Assembly (NCBI GenBank): GCA_965140585.1
Contig: OZ223270.1
Location: 288,001 to 352,000, forward strand
From: Spirochaetia bacterium
Lineage (GTDB): Bacteria; Spirochaetota; Spirochaetia; UBA9216
Direction: 5' to 3'
Length of the DNA: 64,000 bases
A model generated the notes under the pieces. That model saw only the letters and a list, made by a program, of their open reading frames with translations. It ran no database searches and was not told the origin of the DNA. This document shows positions 28,941-38,465 of this stretch, one piece after another (positions within the stretch are counted from its first letter, which is position 1; the number at the start of each line of letters is the position of its first letter). Both the position numbers and the translations under genes were made by a program.

Positions 28941-30533
28941 GTGAGAAAGCTTTTATTTGTTTTTACAGGCTTAATTATTCTCTTTTCCTGCAGTGATAAT
29001 CCAGGTGATTTTTCCTTTGACGGCGACTACACCTCTGTAAAAGAAACGTACACCGATGCCGACGGGATTGCTGAATGGATAGTAAATGAAGCCGAAAATA
29101 ATAAAGATATCACAGAACTGAGATCAATCGGGACTTCCGCAGCCGGAAGGGACATCTACGCGATAGAGATTTCCGATAATCCGGGAGAAGCAGAGACTGA
29201 ACCGGCAATCCTCATCAATGCCGGAATTCACGGAAACGAACAGATTTCTTCAGCTGTAGCAATGCAGATGATCGACTACCTGATTACAGCCTACAGATAC
29301 TATACAGACCCTGATTCTTTTGAGGACTATGAAGGCGATCTTCCCACCGAAGAGGAAACACTTCTTGTTGCCGATCTGGTTGAAAACTACAAGCTGCATT
29401 TCATTCCAGCAGTTAATCCGGACGGTCTGGATGCCGGCTCAAGATATAATGACAACTACGTGGATATCAACCGTAATTTCGACTATACCTGGGATGAATC
29501 AGAATGGAATAACGGCGATGAAGCCTTTGATCAGTCTGAAAGTCAGGCACTCCGTGATGACTATATCAAATACGGCTATGTCCTCTCAATCAACATGCAT
29601 ACAGCCGCATCTGGAACATATGATACAGAAAGCGGTCCCGGCATTTACGGAGCCTGGGACGCCATATCATCTGAGTTCGCGAAGGACGATGGACTTGATG
29701 AAGACAGCGACGGCGATGAATCCGACTACAAGGAAACATACCTTCCGAATTATGAGATAATACAGGAACTTGGAAACAGCTACGCTTCAGAGGTAACCGA
29801 ATCATCAAGCTATCTTTTTGAGAATTTCGGATTTAATATCGGCGCGGACTGGTATGTAATGTACGGCTCAATGGCCGACTGGGCGCTTGGAGAGAGGGGT
29901 TCTGTTTCATTTACAGTTGAACTTCTTGAAGGACAGCGATCAACAGAAGAAGATTACTACCTTGCAGAAGAGGCCTGGAAAGCACATAAAAACGCATTGC
30001 TCAAGCTTGCAAAGGCCGGGTCGAGATCCATTAAAGGCCGGATTTTTGATGACTCTACTGACTTTGTCATTGAAAACGCAAGGGTAAGCCTTGAATACAC
30101 CGGAAGCACATCAAGGGCTATTTCATTCACACCGGTTCCCTACAGAAACCTTGCAGGATATACCGGTGAAGAAGGTACTTTCGGCCTCCTGACCCCTGCC
30201 GGAATTTATAACCTGACTGTAACAGCAGACGGATTTGAAGATGCGGTGTTCACTGTCTCACTGACACCTGAAGGAAGTACATTATTTATTTCAGAATCCG
30301 GAGGCCGATTCAGTTCACTTTATGATATCCCCGGCTACTATCTGACACCTGCAGACCGGACTCCCGAACTTGAAGAAGCAGAAATAATTTCAGATAATTC
30401 AGAAGATGCTGAATTAATTATTCAGGAAGAGGGTTCCGGGACTCCGAAAAATGAAGGCTTGATTCTTCCGGAATACTACAACGGTATCACATCGGGCGAA
30501 ATTCTCCCCGAAACTGAACAAACTGTCGAATAA
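28941..30533 (+). CDS. M14 zinc carboxypeptidase lipoprotein with CarboxypepD-reg-like domain
   Basis: Lipobox LFSC; HGNE, NPDG, NRNF and VEL motifs. GTG 28941 preferred as the start. Confidence 0.85.
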   Translation: MRKLLFVFTGLIILFSCSDNPGDFSFDGDYTSVKETYTDADGIAEWIVNEAENNKDITELRSIGTSAAGRDIYAIEISDNPGEAETEPAILINAGIHGNEQISSAVAMQMIDYLITAYRYYTDPDSFEDYEGDLPTEEETLLVADLVENYKLHFIPAVNPDGLDAGSRYNDNYVDINRNFDYTWDESEWNNGDEAFDQSESQALRDDYIKYGYVLSINMHTAASGTYDTESGPGIYGAWDAISSEFAKDDGLDEDSDGDESDYKETYLPNYEIIQELGNSYASEVTESSSYLFENFGFNIGADWYVMYGSMADWALGERGSVSFTVELLEGQRSTEEDYYLAEEAWKAHKNALLKLAKAGSRSIKGRIFDDSTDFVIENARVSLEYTGSTSRAISFTPVPYRNLAGYTGEEGTFGLLTPAGIYNLTVTADGFEDAVFTVSLTPEGSTLFISESGGRFSSLYDIPGYYLTPADRTPELEEAEIISDNSEDAELIIQEEGSGTPKNEGLILPEYYNGITSGEILPETEQTVE

Positions 30534-30600
30534 TCCGCAATATTTCATAGACATTAGACTCAATATACACTAATCTTTTTCTCCGGACAGGAGGCTGACT

Positions 30601-31878
30601 TTGGAAAAATTTGATGTAATCATTGTTGGTTCCGGACCGGCCGGACTTGGCGCAGCTTTTCATCTTATCCGAAACAAACCCGATCTAAAAATTCTTATGC
30701 TCGAAAGCGGAAAGGTCTCAAGCGGCGGACTGCGCAACGACTGTAAAATGAATTTCACCTTTCCCATCGGATTCCCGCTTGAAAACTGGAACCGGGAACA
30801 GGCGGACCAATATCTTGAACTGGTGATTAAGGAACTGCAGCCGCAAATTTTTGAAAAGAAAAACCTTTCAACCTACTTTAAAAGAGCTGAAAAGCTTGGA
30901 GTCGAACTGCTCAATATCCGGCAGACCCATCTGGGCACCGACGGCGGGCTGAAACTGATCAAAAAACTGGTTTCAGAACTTGAAGAAGCCGGTGTTACGG
31001 TCCGACTGCAGGAGGAAATGCTCTCTGTCGACTCTGCTTCAAAAACAGTTACTACATCAAAATCTGAATTAGGGTATGAAAAACTGTTTGTGGCACCCGG
31101 ACGAAAGGGTTTCAGATTCCTTCAGACAATAATGGACAGCATTGATGTCGGCTACATCGATCACATCGTAGATATCGGGATCAGAATAGAAACAAGGATA
31201 GAACACTATCCGATAGTGTCGGATTATTACGACCCCAAGTTCATCTTTCCTGATAAGGTACGAACTTTCTGTACAAACAGCGGAGCCGCCCATGTAGTCA
31301 TGGAAAAGTATCAGACTAATAATGGAAAGGAATATTTCAGTGTTAACGGGCATGCCTACTCCGGAGAAAGAGAACCAAACGGCCTGGTTAACTTTGCAAT
31401 GCTTAAAACCGTAAAATTTACCGAACCCCTGGCAAGCGGACAGGAATTTGCGGAAATCCTGGGACTCCAGGCCATGCTGATGGGCGGGGGAAAACCTATA
31501 ATGCAGAGAGTCGGGGACTTCAGACTCGGCAAACGTTCAAAGGCAGGAAGCTTCAACGATGACCTTTATGATTTCAAGCCGACTCTTCCCAACTGTACTC
31601 CAGGAGACATCAGCCTTTCAATGCCTTCCCGAATCCTCAGGGGCATCTGGAAGTCCATGAAATCACTTGATACTATCATCCCCGGAGTTCTGCACCCGGG
31701 AACTATCATGTACTATCCTGAAATTAAACTTTATGCAAACAAGCCGGTTTTTAAAGATAGTCATTTCAAGGTCTACGACAGCATATACCTCGCAGGTGAC
31801 GGTGCCGGAACAAGCAGGGGAATCACTGCAGCCTGGGCAAGCGGCATTCGGGCGGCTGATGGAATTCTTGCAGGCTAA
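30601..31878 (+). CDS. FAD-dependent oxidoreductase (uncharacterised family)
   Basis: GSGPAG, HLGTD, VRTFCTN, YYPEIK, GDGAGTSRGITAA. Confidence 0.85.
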   Translation: MEKFDVIIVGSGPAGLGAAFHLIRNKPDLKILMLESGKVSSGGLRNDCKMNFTFPIGFPLENWNREQADQYLELVIKELQPQIFEKKNLSTYFKRAEKLGVELLNIRQTHLGTDGGLKLIKKLVSELEEAGVTVRLQEEMLSVDSASKTVTTSKSELGYEKLFVAPGRKGFRFLQTIMDSIDVGYIDHIVDIGIRIETRIEHYPIVSDYYDPKFIFPDKVRTFCTNSGAAHVVMEKYQTNNGKEYFSVNGHAYSGEREPNGLVNFAMLKTVKFTEPLASGQEFAEILGLQAMLMGGGKPIMQRVGDFRLGKRSKAGSFNDDLYDFKPTLPNCTPGDISLSMPSRILRGIWKSMKSLDTIIPGVLHPGTIMYYPEIKLYANKPVFKDSHFKVYDSIYLAGDGAGTSRGITAAWASGIRAADGILAG

Positions 31879-31940
31879 TTTCATCAATAAACTTGATTTC
31901 AGGTTTCCGAAAGCTTAAGTTTAAGTAGTAGGAACCTCCA

Positions 31941-32048
31941 GCGCGGGGAGAACACCGAGCAAAACAGATATTCAATATTTGCTGCCCTGAATATCGAGCA
32001 GACTTCGTCGGTGACACTTCCTCCTGAAACTCTCCCTGCGCGTTTTTT
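31941..32048 (+). ncRNA. Candidate structured RNA element (nested three-helix hairpin ending in a U-tract)
   Basis: 31941-31951 pairs with 32031-32041, 31953-31958 with 32008-32013, and 31967-31974 with 31988-31995; then GTTTTTT. No family recognised. Confidence 0.4.
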
Positions 32049-32093
32049 CTCATTTTTATTAACCTTTCGCCGGAAAATTATTATATTTACAAC

Positions 32094-34262
32094 ATGGGTC
32101 TCAGACATAAGTATAACATGATTCTTGAATTTAGCAGCCTGGACTGGAATTTCGAAGCTCCCGGGGATATTAATGATTTTCTACAGACAACAGGAAACCT
32201 TATCAGCAATCATATGCAGACGAACCTCTGTCATATATACCTCTGGGACGACAGCCTTAGCCAGCTGATTTTTCACGATGATACGCCTCAGGATATCATC
32301 AGTTTCTGTTCTCAAATTAATGATTTTCAAAACACTCAATATGCTGATAAAGGCAGAAAAATGATGTGCCATCCAATACTGCGCGGTCCGCAGATTCTTG
32401 GGGTCATATTTCTAAACAGAAGCAGAAAACCTTTTACAGTAGTTGATGAAAGAATAATTAATCTGCTTTCACAGCAGCTCGGGAATATAATTGAGACAGC
32501 GAGAAGGATTTCCACCGAAAAAATTTCAGGAAGCATTGAAACCGGTGAGGGCACCCTGGAATTCAACCGGCAGATACTTATGCAGGGCGTCGGCGCATCT
32601 CCGGGAATGGCTCTGGGCTTAAGTTATACACTTGACAGGAAACGGCGATTCAATGAACTTCAAAGAACACGTTTCAAAAAGAAATACAGCCTAGATGAAT
32701 TTGATAATGCAATTTCGGCAACAAAAGAGCAGATAAAAAAGCTGCAGCAGAAGGTTGAAACAAGACTGTCCGATGATGCCGCCCTTATCTTTACATCGCA
32801 TCTGCTTATTCTGGATGATTCAGGATTCAGAAAAGAGATAAGCAGCATGGTCTACACCGGCATAAATCCCCCGGCAGCGCTTTTATCAGTAGCCAATAAG
32901 TACATCAACGTTTTTTCAGCAAGCGACAATCCGCTGGTACAGGAAAAAGCTGATGATATGGAAGACCTGGTGTTCAGAATCATTGCAAACCTGATGGGAG
33001 AAAAAACATCATCATTCTCTGCCGACGGAAGAATTATAATTGCGAGATCAATTTATCCTTCCGACATACTTGCGCTGGCTTCTGAAAACTGTGCGGGAAT
33101 CCTGCTTGTTTCAGGAGGAGTTACAGCCCATATATCCATTCTTGCCCAGTCTCTTAAACTTCCTCTTGTGATTATTGATTTCAACGACATCCTGAGAACA
33201 AGCAAACCTGTACCCATTGCAATTGACGGAACTACCGGTAGAATATGTATTAATCCTGAGCAGGATCTGGTTGAGGAGTTTCACGAGGTTCAAAGAACTG
33301 AACGTCAGCAGAAAAAGGATATGTCCCTCAAGCAGGAAACTCTGACTCGGGACGGCGCAAGAATTAAACTGCTCAGCAATATTAACCTCATTTCAGATCT
33401 TGAAGAAGCCATGGCAATTGAAGCCGAAGGGATAGGTCTATACCGTACAGAATACCAGTTTCTGCTTAGAAACAACTTTCCCACCGAAAATGAACAGTAC
33501 AGGATATACAAACAGATAATAGACCTGTCTGACGGACGGCCTGTGACCTTCAGGACGCTTGATGCAGGCGGTGACAAGGTTCTCTCATATTACGGCGGAC
33601 ATAAGGAAGAAAACCCCTTCCTGGGACTTCGATCCATACGCTTCAGCCTTCAGAATCCTGTAATTTTCAATCAGCAGATCAGGGCAATTCTAAGAGCTGC
33701 AGGCAGAAGAAAGATTAAAATAATGTTCCCGATGATTTCGACTCTCGAAGAGCTTAGAACAGCAAAGAGCATGGTAATCGAAAACTACCGTCAGCTTTCA
33801 GAGCGTGGACTGGAAATTGAAATGCCCGAAATAGGCGCTATGATTGAAATTCCCTCTCTTCTTTTCATGATAGACCATGTATGTGAAGAGGTTGATTTTC
33901 TGTCGATTGGAACCAATGATTTTATTCAGTATATGCTTGCAGTCGACCGTAACAATGAGAAACTGAGCAGCTATTACAACCCGCACAATCCTTCGGTTCT
34001 CAGAGGCCTTAAAATAATTGCCGATGCCTGTATCAAGTATAGCATCGACCTGACAGTCTGCGGGGAGATGGCACACCAGAAAGAATACTTACCCTTTATC
34101 CTTGGTATCGGTATCAGAAGCCTGAGCGTGTCTACAGGCTTCCTCAAGGAAACACAGGAGACTATTGCCGGAATAAGCGCAGCCGAGGCCGTAAAGACAG
34201 CAGAGAGAAGCCTTGAGTGCAGTTCTCTCTATGAGATTGAGAAGATACTTGGAATAGTATAA
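32094..34262 (+). CDS. ptsP: PEP-protein phosphotransferase with N-terminal GAF-like domain (EI-Ntr-like)
   Basis: GGVTAH phospho-His, GLYRTE, ENPFLGLRSIR, SIGTNDF, VCGEMA; about 150-aa N-terminal extension. Confidence 0.9.
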   Translation: MGLRHKYNMILEFSSLDWNFEAPGDINDFLQTTGNLISNHMQTNLCHIYLWDDSLSQLIFHDDTPQDIISFCSQINDFQNTQYADKGRKMMCHPILRGPQILGVIFLNRSRKPFTVVDERIINLLSQQLGNIIETARRISTEKISGSIETGEGTLEFNRQILMQGVGASPGMALGLSYTLDRKRRFNELQRTRFKKKYSLDEFDNAISATKEQIKKLQQKVETRLSDDAALIFTSHLLILDDSGFRKEISSMVYTGINPPAALLSVANKYINVFSASDNPLVQEKADDMEDLVFRIIANLMGEKTSSFSADGRIIIARSIYPSDILALASENCAGILLVSGGVTAHISILAQSLKLPLVIIDFNDILRTSKPVPIAIDGTTGRICINPEQDLVEEFHEVQRTERQQKKDMSLKQETLTRDGARIKLLSNINLISDLEEAMAIEAEGIGLYRTEYQFLLRNNFPTENEQYRIYKQIIDLSDGRPVTFRTLDAGGDKVLSYYGGHKEENPFLGLRSIRFSLQNPVIFNQQIRAILRAAGRRKIKIMFPMISTLEELRTAKSMVIENYRQLSERGLEIEMPEIGAMIEIPSLLFMIDHVCEEVDFLSIGTNDFIQYMLAVDRNNEKLSSYYNPHNPSVLRGLKIIADACIKYSIDLTVCGEMAHQKEYLPFILGIGIRSLSVSTGFLKETQETIAGISAAEAVKTAERSLECSSLYEIEKILGIV

Positions 34263-34271
34263 ACTTTCTGG

Positions 34272-34694
34272 ATGAACATTATTCAGAAAGAGATACAGCT
34301 GCGTCCTGTAAGACGCGGATTTCATCTGGTAACTTCGGAAATAGAGGCGGCTATCCCCGAACTTCGAACAGTAAAAAAAGGCATTGCCTTTCTTCACATA
34401 AAGCATACATCAGCTTCACTTACCCTCAACGAGAATGCAGATCCGGATGTAAGGGCTGATATGGAATCCATATTCAACCATATGGTTCCTGAATCACAGT
34501 CATACTATGTACACACATTCGAAGGTACTGATGACATGCCGGCACATGCGAAAAGTTCACTGCTTGGTGCGGGACTTACAATTCATATAACTGACGGAAG
34601 GTTCAACCTGGGAACATGGCAGGGAATATATCTCTGCGAACACCGCAATAACGGCGGTGCCCGCAGAATGGTAATAACAGTTATCGGGGAATAA
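34272..34694 (+). CDS. yjbQ: YjbQ/UPF0047 family protein
   Basis: HTSASLTLNENADPDV, DMPAH, LGTWQGIYLCEHR. Confidence 0.93.
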   Translation: MNIIQKEIQLRPVRRGFHLVTSEIEAAIPELRTVKKGIAFLHIKHTSASLTLNENADPDVRADMESIFNHMVPESQSYYVHTFEGTDDMPAHAKSSLLGAGLTIHITDGRFNLGTWQGIYLCEHRNNGGARRMVITVIGE

Positions 34695-34705
34695 CCCCGA
34701 TAATT

Positions 34706-37216
34706 CTAAATAAACAGGTTTACATTTGAATCTTCGGCGGCATCAAGATAGGCAGCAACACCTCCAAGTTCGATACCGTCGACCAGTTCTTCAGCTTTAA
34801 TTCCCATAAGATCCATACTCATATTACAGGCAATAAGCTTTGCTCCGCCTGCTACGGCCTGCTGAATGAGATCCTGAAGAAGGGGAACATTGTGCTTTTT
34901 CATCAGCCCCTTGATCATGGCCGGGCCCATACCGCCCATGTTCATATTAGACAGCTTAAGCCTCTTTGCCCCGCGCGGCATCATGGCACCGAACATTCCG
35001 CTAATAAAATCCTTCTTAACGGCAACCTTTTCATGCTTCCTTATAACATTCAGACCCCAGAAGGTGAAAAACATCGTAACCTTACGGCCCATTGCAAGGG
35101 CGCCGTTGGCTATAATGAAGGAAGCGATAGCTTTATCAAGATCTCCGCTGAAGCAGACCATTGTTTTGTCGTCTGCAGCCTTCTGCACTGAAGTTACAAC
35201 TCCGGTATTCATTGCGGAGACGGAATTTTCGAGATCACCCTTTCTGATTCTGGCAACAAACTCCTTGTCTTTTTTCTCTATATTCAAAAGAGTATTTCCG
35301 GTACGTTTGCACCAGGACGCAATATCAGATTTAAAGCCGGGGTCGGTAACATGGACTTCAAGAACATCGCCTTCGGCCATTTCACCCATCCGTTCGTAGA
35401 CCTTCTTAATAGGGCCGGGACAGGAAAGACCACAGGCATCAACTATAATTATATTTCCCTTATGCATATCAGCCATCTTTACAGCAACCTCTTTGAGATT
35501 TACTGTTTTAAGACCCGCATCGGCAACTCCGCAGGAATCAGACTTATTCCACATGGCAGGCTGCCAGGTTCCAAACCCTCCGGCCAGATTTTTTACATTT
35601 TCAAAGCCGTGCTGTTTCATCATTCGGGCTGCGATATAGCCGCGAAGTCCCTGTGCACAGTAAATAATGTACGGCTTACTCTTATCAAGCTCACCAAGTC
35701 TTTCACGCAGCTGCGGAAGAGGCAAAAGAGTAGAACCCGGAATTGCTCCAAGTTCAAATTCCTCCTTATCACGGACATCAAGGAGAACTGCAGTCTCATT
35801 ATCCTTAAGTTCATTCCATTGAACCATTTCGATATAGCCGTTAAGAATATTTTCCGCTACAAAGCCTGCCATGTTAACAGGGTCTTTTGCAGATGAATAG
35901 GGAGGGGCATATGCCAGTTCAAGGTCAGTCAGAACATCAACTGTTCCGCCCATTCTGATTACCGTGGCAATAACATCTACCCTTTTATCAACACCTTCCC
36001 ATCCTACAAGCTGGGCTCCGATAATCTTCCTTGTCTGTGGATCAAAAATCATCTTCATTGACAGAGGAAGCGCTCCGGGGTAGTAGCTTGCATGTGACTT
36101 GGAATGGGTCATTGTAAAAAGGTAGTCCTTGCCATATTCTTTTCCGGCGGCCTTAAGCTGCTTTTCATTCATACCCGTCGCCGCTACTGTGATATCAAAT
36201 ATCTTTACAATACTTGTACCCTGGGTTCCGCGGTATGATTCATTTCCGCCTAGAACATTAGCAGCCGCCATCCTTCCCTGCCGGTTAGCGGGCCCCGCGA
36301 GGGGCACCATAGTCTGCTCACCGGTCATATAGTCTTTGATTTCAACAGCGTCTCCGACTGCATATATATCAGGATCAGAGCTCAGCATGTTCTGATCAAC
36401 AACTATTCCTTTACGTTTATTGAGGGTAAGGCCTGCAGCTTCTGCAAGTTCAGTCTGCGGCCGAACTCCGATTGCAAGAATTACCATGTCAGTTTCAAGC
36501 TTGACTCCGTCTTCCATAACAACAGCGACTCGGCGCGGATCATCTGTATCTTCAAAACCCTTAACAGGACTTCCAAGATGCAGATCAACCCCCTCCTCAT
36601 CAAGATGTCTGTGTACAACCTGAGCCATCTCAAAATCAAGCGGCATCATTACCTGGTCTGCTGCTTCAACGAGGGTAACGTGCACGCCCCTCTCAGCAAA
36701 GTTTTCTGCAACTTCAAGACCAATAAAGCCTCCGCCGACAACGACAGCTCTACAGACGTCTTTCTCTTCCATATACGCCTTGATTCGGTCAAGGTCGGGG
36801 ATAGTCCAGAGTGTAAAAATCTGTTTCTTGTCTATTCCGGGAATAGGGGGAGTAATGGGCTTAGAACCGGGAGACAGAATCATTCTGTCATATGATTCTT
36901 CATACTCTTCAATCACATTTCCAGACTTATCAGAGTGCCTTACGCTTACAGTTTTACTGTCACGGTTAATTGATATAACCTCGCTGAATACTCTTACTTC
37001 AATATTGAATCTTTCTTTGAAACTTTCGGGAGTCTGTAGAAGCAGGTTCTCACGTTCAGAGATTATCCCGCTTATATTATACGGAAGTCCGCAATTTGCA
37101 AATGAAATATACGGCCCCTTTTCAAACATAATTATTTCGGCGTGCTCATCAAGCCTCCTGAGTCTTGCCGCCGCGCTTGCTCCGCCGGCAACTCCACCGA
37201 TGATGACAACTTTCAT
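34706..37216 (-). CDS. CoA-disulfide reductase - rhodanese - TusA - DsrE fusion
   Basis: SFANCGLPY, YAPPYS, rhodanese YCAQGLRG, TusA DACGLSCPGP, DsrE-2 FFTFWG and ACNMSM. Confidence 0.92.
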   Translation of the reverse strand: MKVVIIGGVAGGASAAARLRRLDEHAEIIMFEKGPYISFANCGLPYNISGIISERENLLLQTPESFKERFNIEVRVFSEVISINRDSKTVSVRHSDKSGNVIEEYEESYDRMILSPGSKPITPPIPGIDKKQIFTLWTIPDLDRIKAYMEEKDVCRAVVVGGGFIGLEVAENFAERGVHVTLVEAADQVMMPLDFEMAQVVHRHLDEEGVDLHLGSPVKGFEDTDDPRRVAVVMEDGVKLETDMVILAIGVRPQTELAEAAGLTLNKRKGIVVDQNMLSSDPDIYAVGDAVEIKDYMTGEQTMVPLAGPANRQGRMAAANVLGGNESYRGTQGTSIVKIFDITVAATGMNEKQLKAAGKEYGKDYLFTMTHSKSHASYYPGALPLSMKMIFDPQTRKIIGAQLVGWEGVDKRVDVIATVIRMGGTVDVLTDLELAYAPPYSSAKDPVNMAGFVAENILNGYIEMVQWNELKDNETAVLLDVRDKEEFELGAIPGSTLLPLPQLRERLGELDKSKPYIIYCAQGLRGYIAARMMKQHGFENVKNLAGGFGTWQPAMWNKSDSCGVADAGLKTVNLKEVAVKMADMHKGNIIIVDACGLSCPGPIKKVYERMGEMAEGDVLEVHVTDPGFKSDIASWCKRTGNTLLNIEKKDKEFVARIRKGDLENSVSAMNTGVVTSVQKAADDKTMVCFSGDLDKAIASFIIANGALAMGRKVTMFFTFWGLNVIRKHEKVAVKKDFISGMFGAMMPRGAKRLKLSNMNMGGMGPAMIKGLMKKHNVPLLQDLIQQAVAGGAKLIACNMSMDLMGIKAEELVDGIELGGVAAYLDAAEDSNVNLFI

Positions 37217-37234
37217 ATGAATCCTCCTTTATCG

Positions 37235-37278
37235 ATATATGTTGCATCTAATATATGGCGAGATTTATATACTGTCAA
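37235..37278 (-). promoter_or_regulatory. Promoter of the CoADR fusion with ATATAT-N10-ATATAT dyad
   Basis: Minus strand TTGACA (37278-37273)-17-TATATT (37255-37250); the dyad at 37235-37256 overlaps the -10. Confidence 0.5.
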
Positions 37279-37301
37279 GTTATCGATAAAAAAAGTGATA
37301 T

Positions 37302-38459
37302 TTACTGTTTTTCTTCGATAAGATCAATTATGGTCATTGCAAGGTATCCGGCCGCACGGATCATTGCCTCTTCTGCATCAGGTGTTTTACTTCCTTCAAC
37401 AACATCCGTTGAGTGCCATGTAATTCCCGCCTCATGCGTTTTGTAGAGCAGCGATACAGCTGGAATACTGCGGCTTACATCACCAAAATCGGAAGAAGCT
37501 TCCCACAGCGGCATTCGTTTAAGCTTTTCGCCGCATGTTGCCATATTTTTTTCAAGCAGACCGAATATCTTTTCATCGAAAAGAATCGGATTAACACTTG
37601 AATTCACAATAAACTCAAAGCCGCAGTTTGATGCAAGAGCTGAGCCTTCGGCTGCCTTCCGGATAAGCTTTTCAGTTTCTTCCAGGTCCTCAGGTTCAGA
37701 AGAACGTATCATAACCTCCGCACTACTATAATCGGGTATAACATTAAGAAGCTTCCCGCCTTCGGTTATTATACAATGAAGTTTTACTCCGGGCAAAAAT
37801 TGTTGTCTCATTCGGCCAATTGAATTGTAGAACCCCACGACAGCGTCCAGAGCATTACTGCCGTGCCAGGGATCAGCTGCAGCGTGAGCTGTCTGTCCTG
37901 TAAAATTTACGCTAAAGGAGCGGTAACCGAAATCCTTCAAAGCAACCCCCGTTTCTGTCCAGGGATGAAAAATAAGTGCGTTTTCAATATTGTTAAATGC
38001 ACCCTTCTCAAGCAGAAGGGTTTTACCTGAAATCTTATCTATAACCTCTTCTGCAGGAGTACCGAAAAGACAGAATGAAGAAGCAAGTTCCGGATAATCA
38101 GGCATCAGTGTATTTTTTACTGCTATAGCGGCTGCAGCAGCCGCTGAGGCTATAAAATTATGGCCGCATCCGTGACCTATACCCTCAAGTGCATCATATT
38201 CAGCAAGGACAGCAGTCTTCTTACCGGAAAAATCAGCTGTTACATCTGGATCAGCACGGAATGCTGTTTCTACATCACAAAAAGGTGCCTCTATGCGGAA
38301 CCCCTTTTCTCTAAGAAAGCTGCTTATTTTATAGGCGGAACCTTTCTCAAGATAGGCGGTTTCCGGATGATCTATAAGATACCGGCTGAGTTCAAGGATC
38401 TCAGGCTTAAGCTTCTGTAGTTCATTGAGAACCTGCTGTTTCAGTTCTGATAAGTTCAT
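37302..38459 (-). CDS. M20 family amidohydrolase (Acy1L2/AbgB-like)
   Basis: HPE, AEYDAL, HGCGHN, GTPAEE, AHAA..PW.G.NALDA. Confidence 0.9.
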   Translation of the reverse strand: MNLSELKQQVLNELQKLKPEILELSRYLIDHPETAYLEKGSAYKISSFLREKGFRIEAPFCDVETAFRADPDVTADFSGKKTAVLAEYDALEGIGHGCGHNFIASAAAAAAIAVKNTLMPDYPELASSFCLFGTPAEEVIDKISGKTLLLEKGAFNNIENALIFHPWTETGVALKDFGYRSFSVNFTGQTAHAAADPWHGSNALDAVVGFYNSIGRMRQQFLPGVKLHCIITEGGKLLNVIPDYSSAEVMIRSSEPEDLEETEKLIRKAAEGSALASNCGFEFIVNSSVNPILFDEKIFGLLEKNMATCGEKLKRMPLWEASSDFGDVSRSIPAVSLLYKTHEAGITWHSTDVVEGSKTPDAEEAMIRAAGYLAMTIIDLIEEKQ

Positions 38460-38465
38460 TTTGCG

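Noticed and set aside
31941-32045. Glycine riboswitch or SRP RNA on the minus strand (GGAGAG...CACCGACGAAG...TTCAGG)
   Set aside because: Only scattered motif similarity. The required pairings and the SRP GGAA loop are absent, and no gene lies downstream on that strand.
31823-32108. Small minus-strand ORFs across the structured intergenic region
   Set aside because: No RBS, they overlap flanking genes, and the region is better explained by RNA structure.
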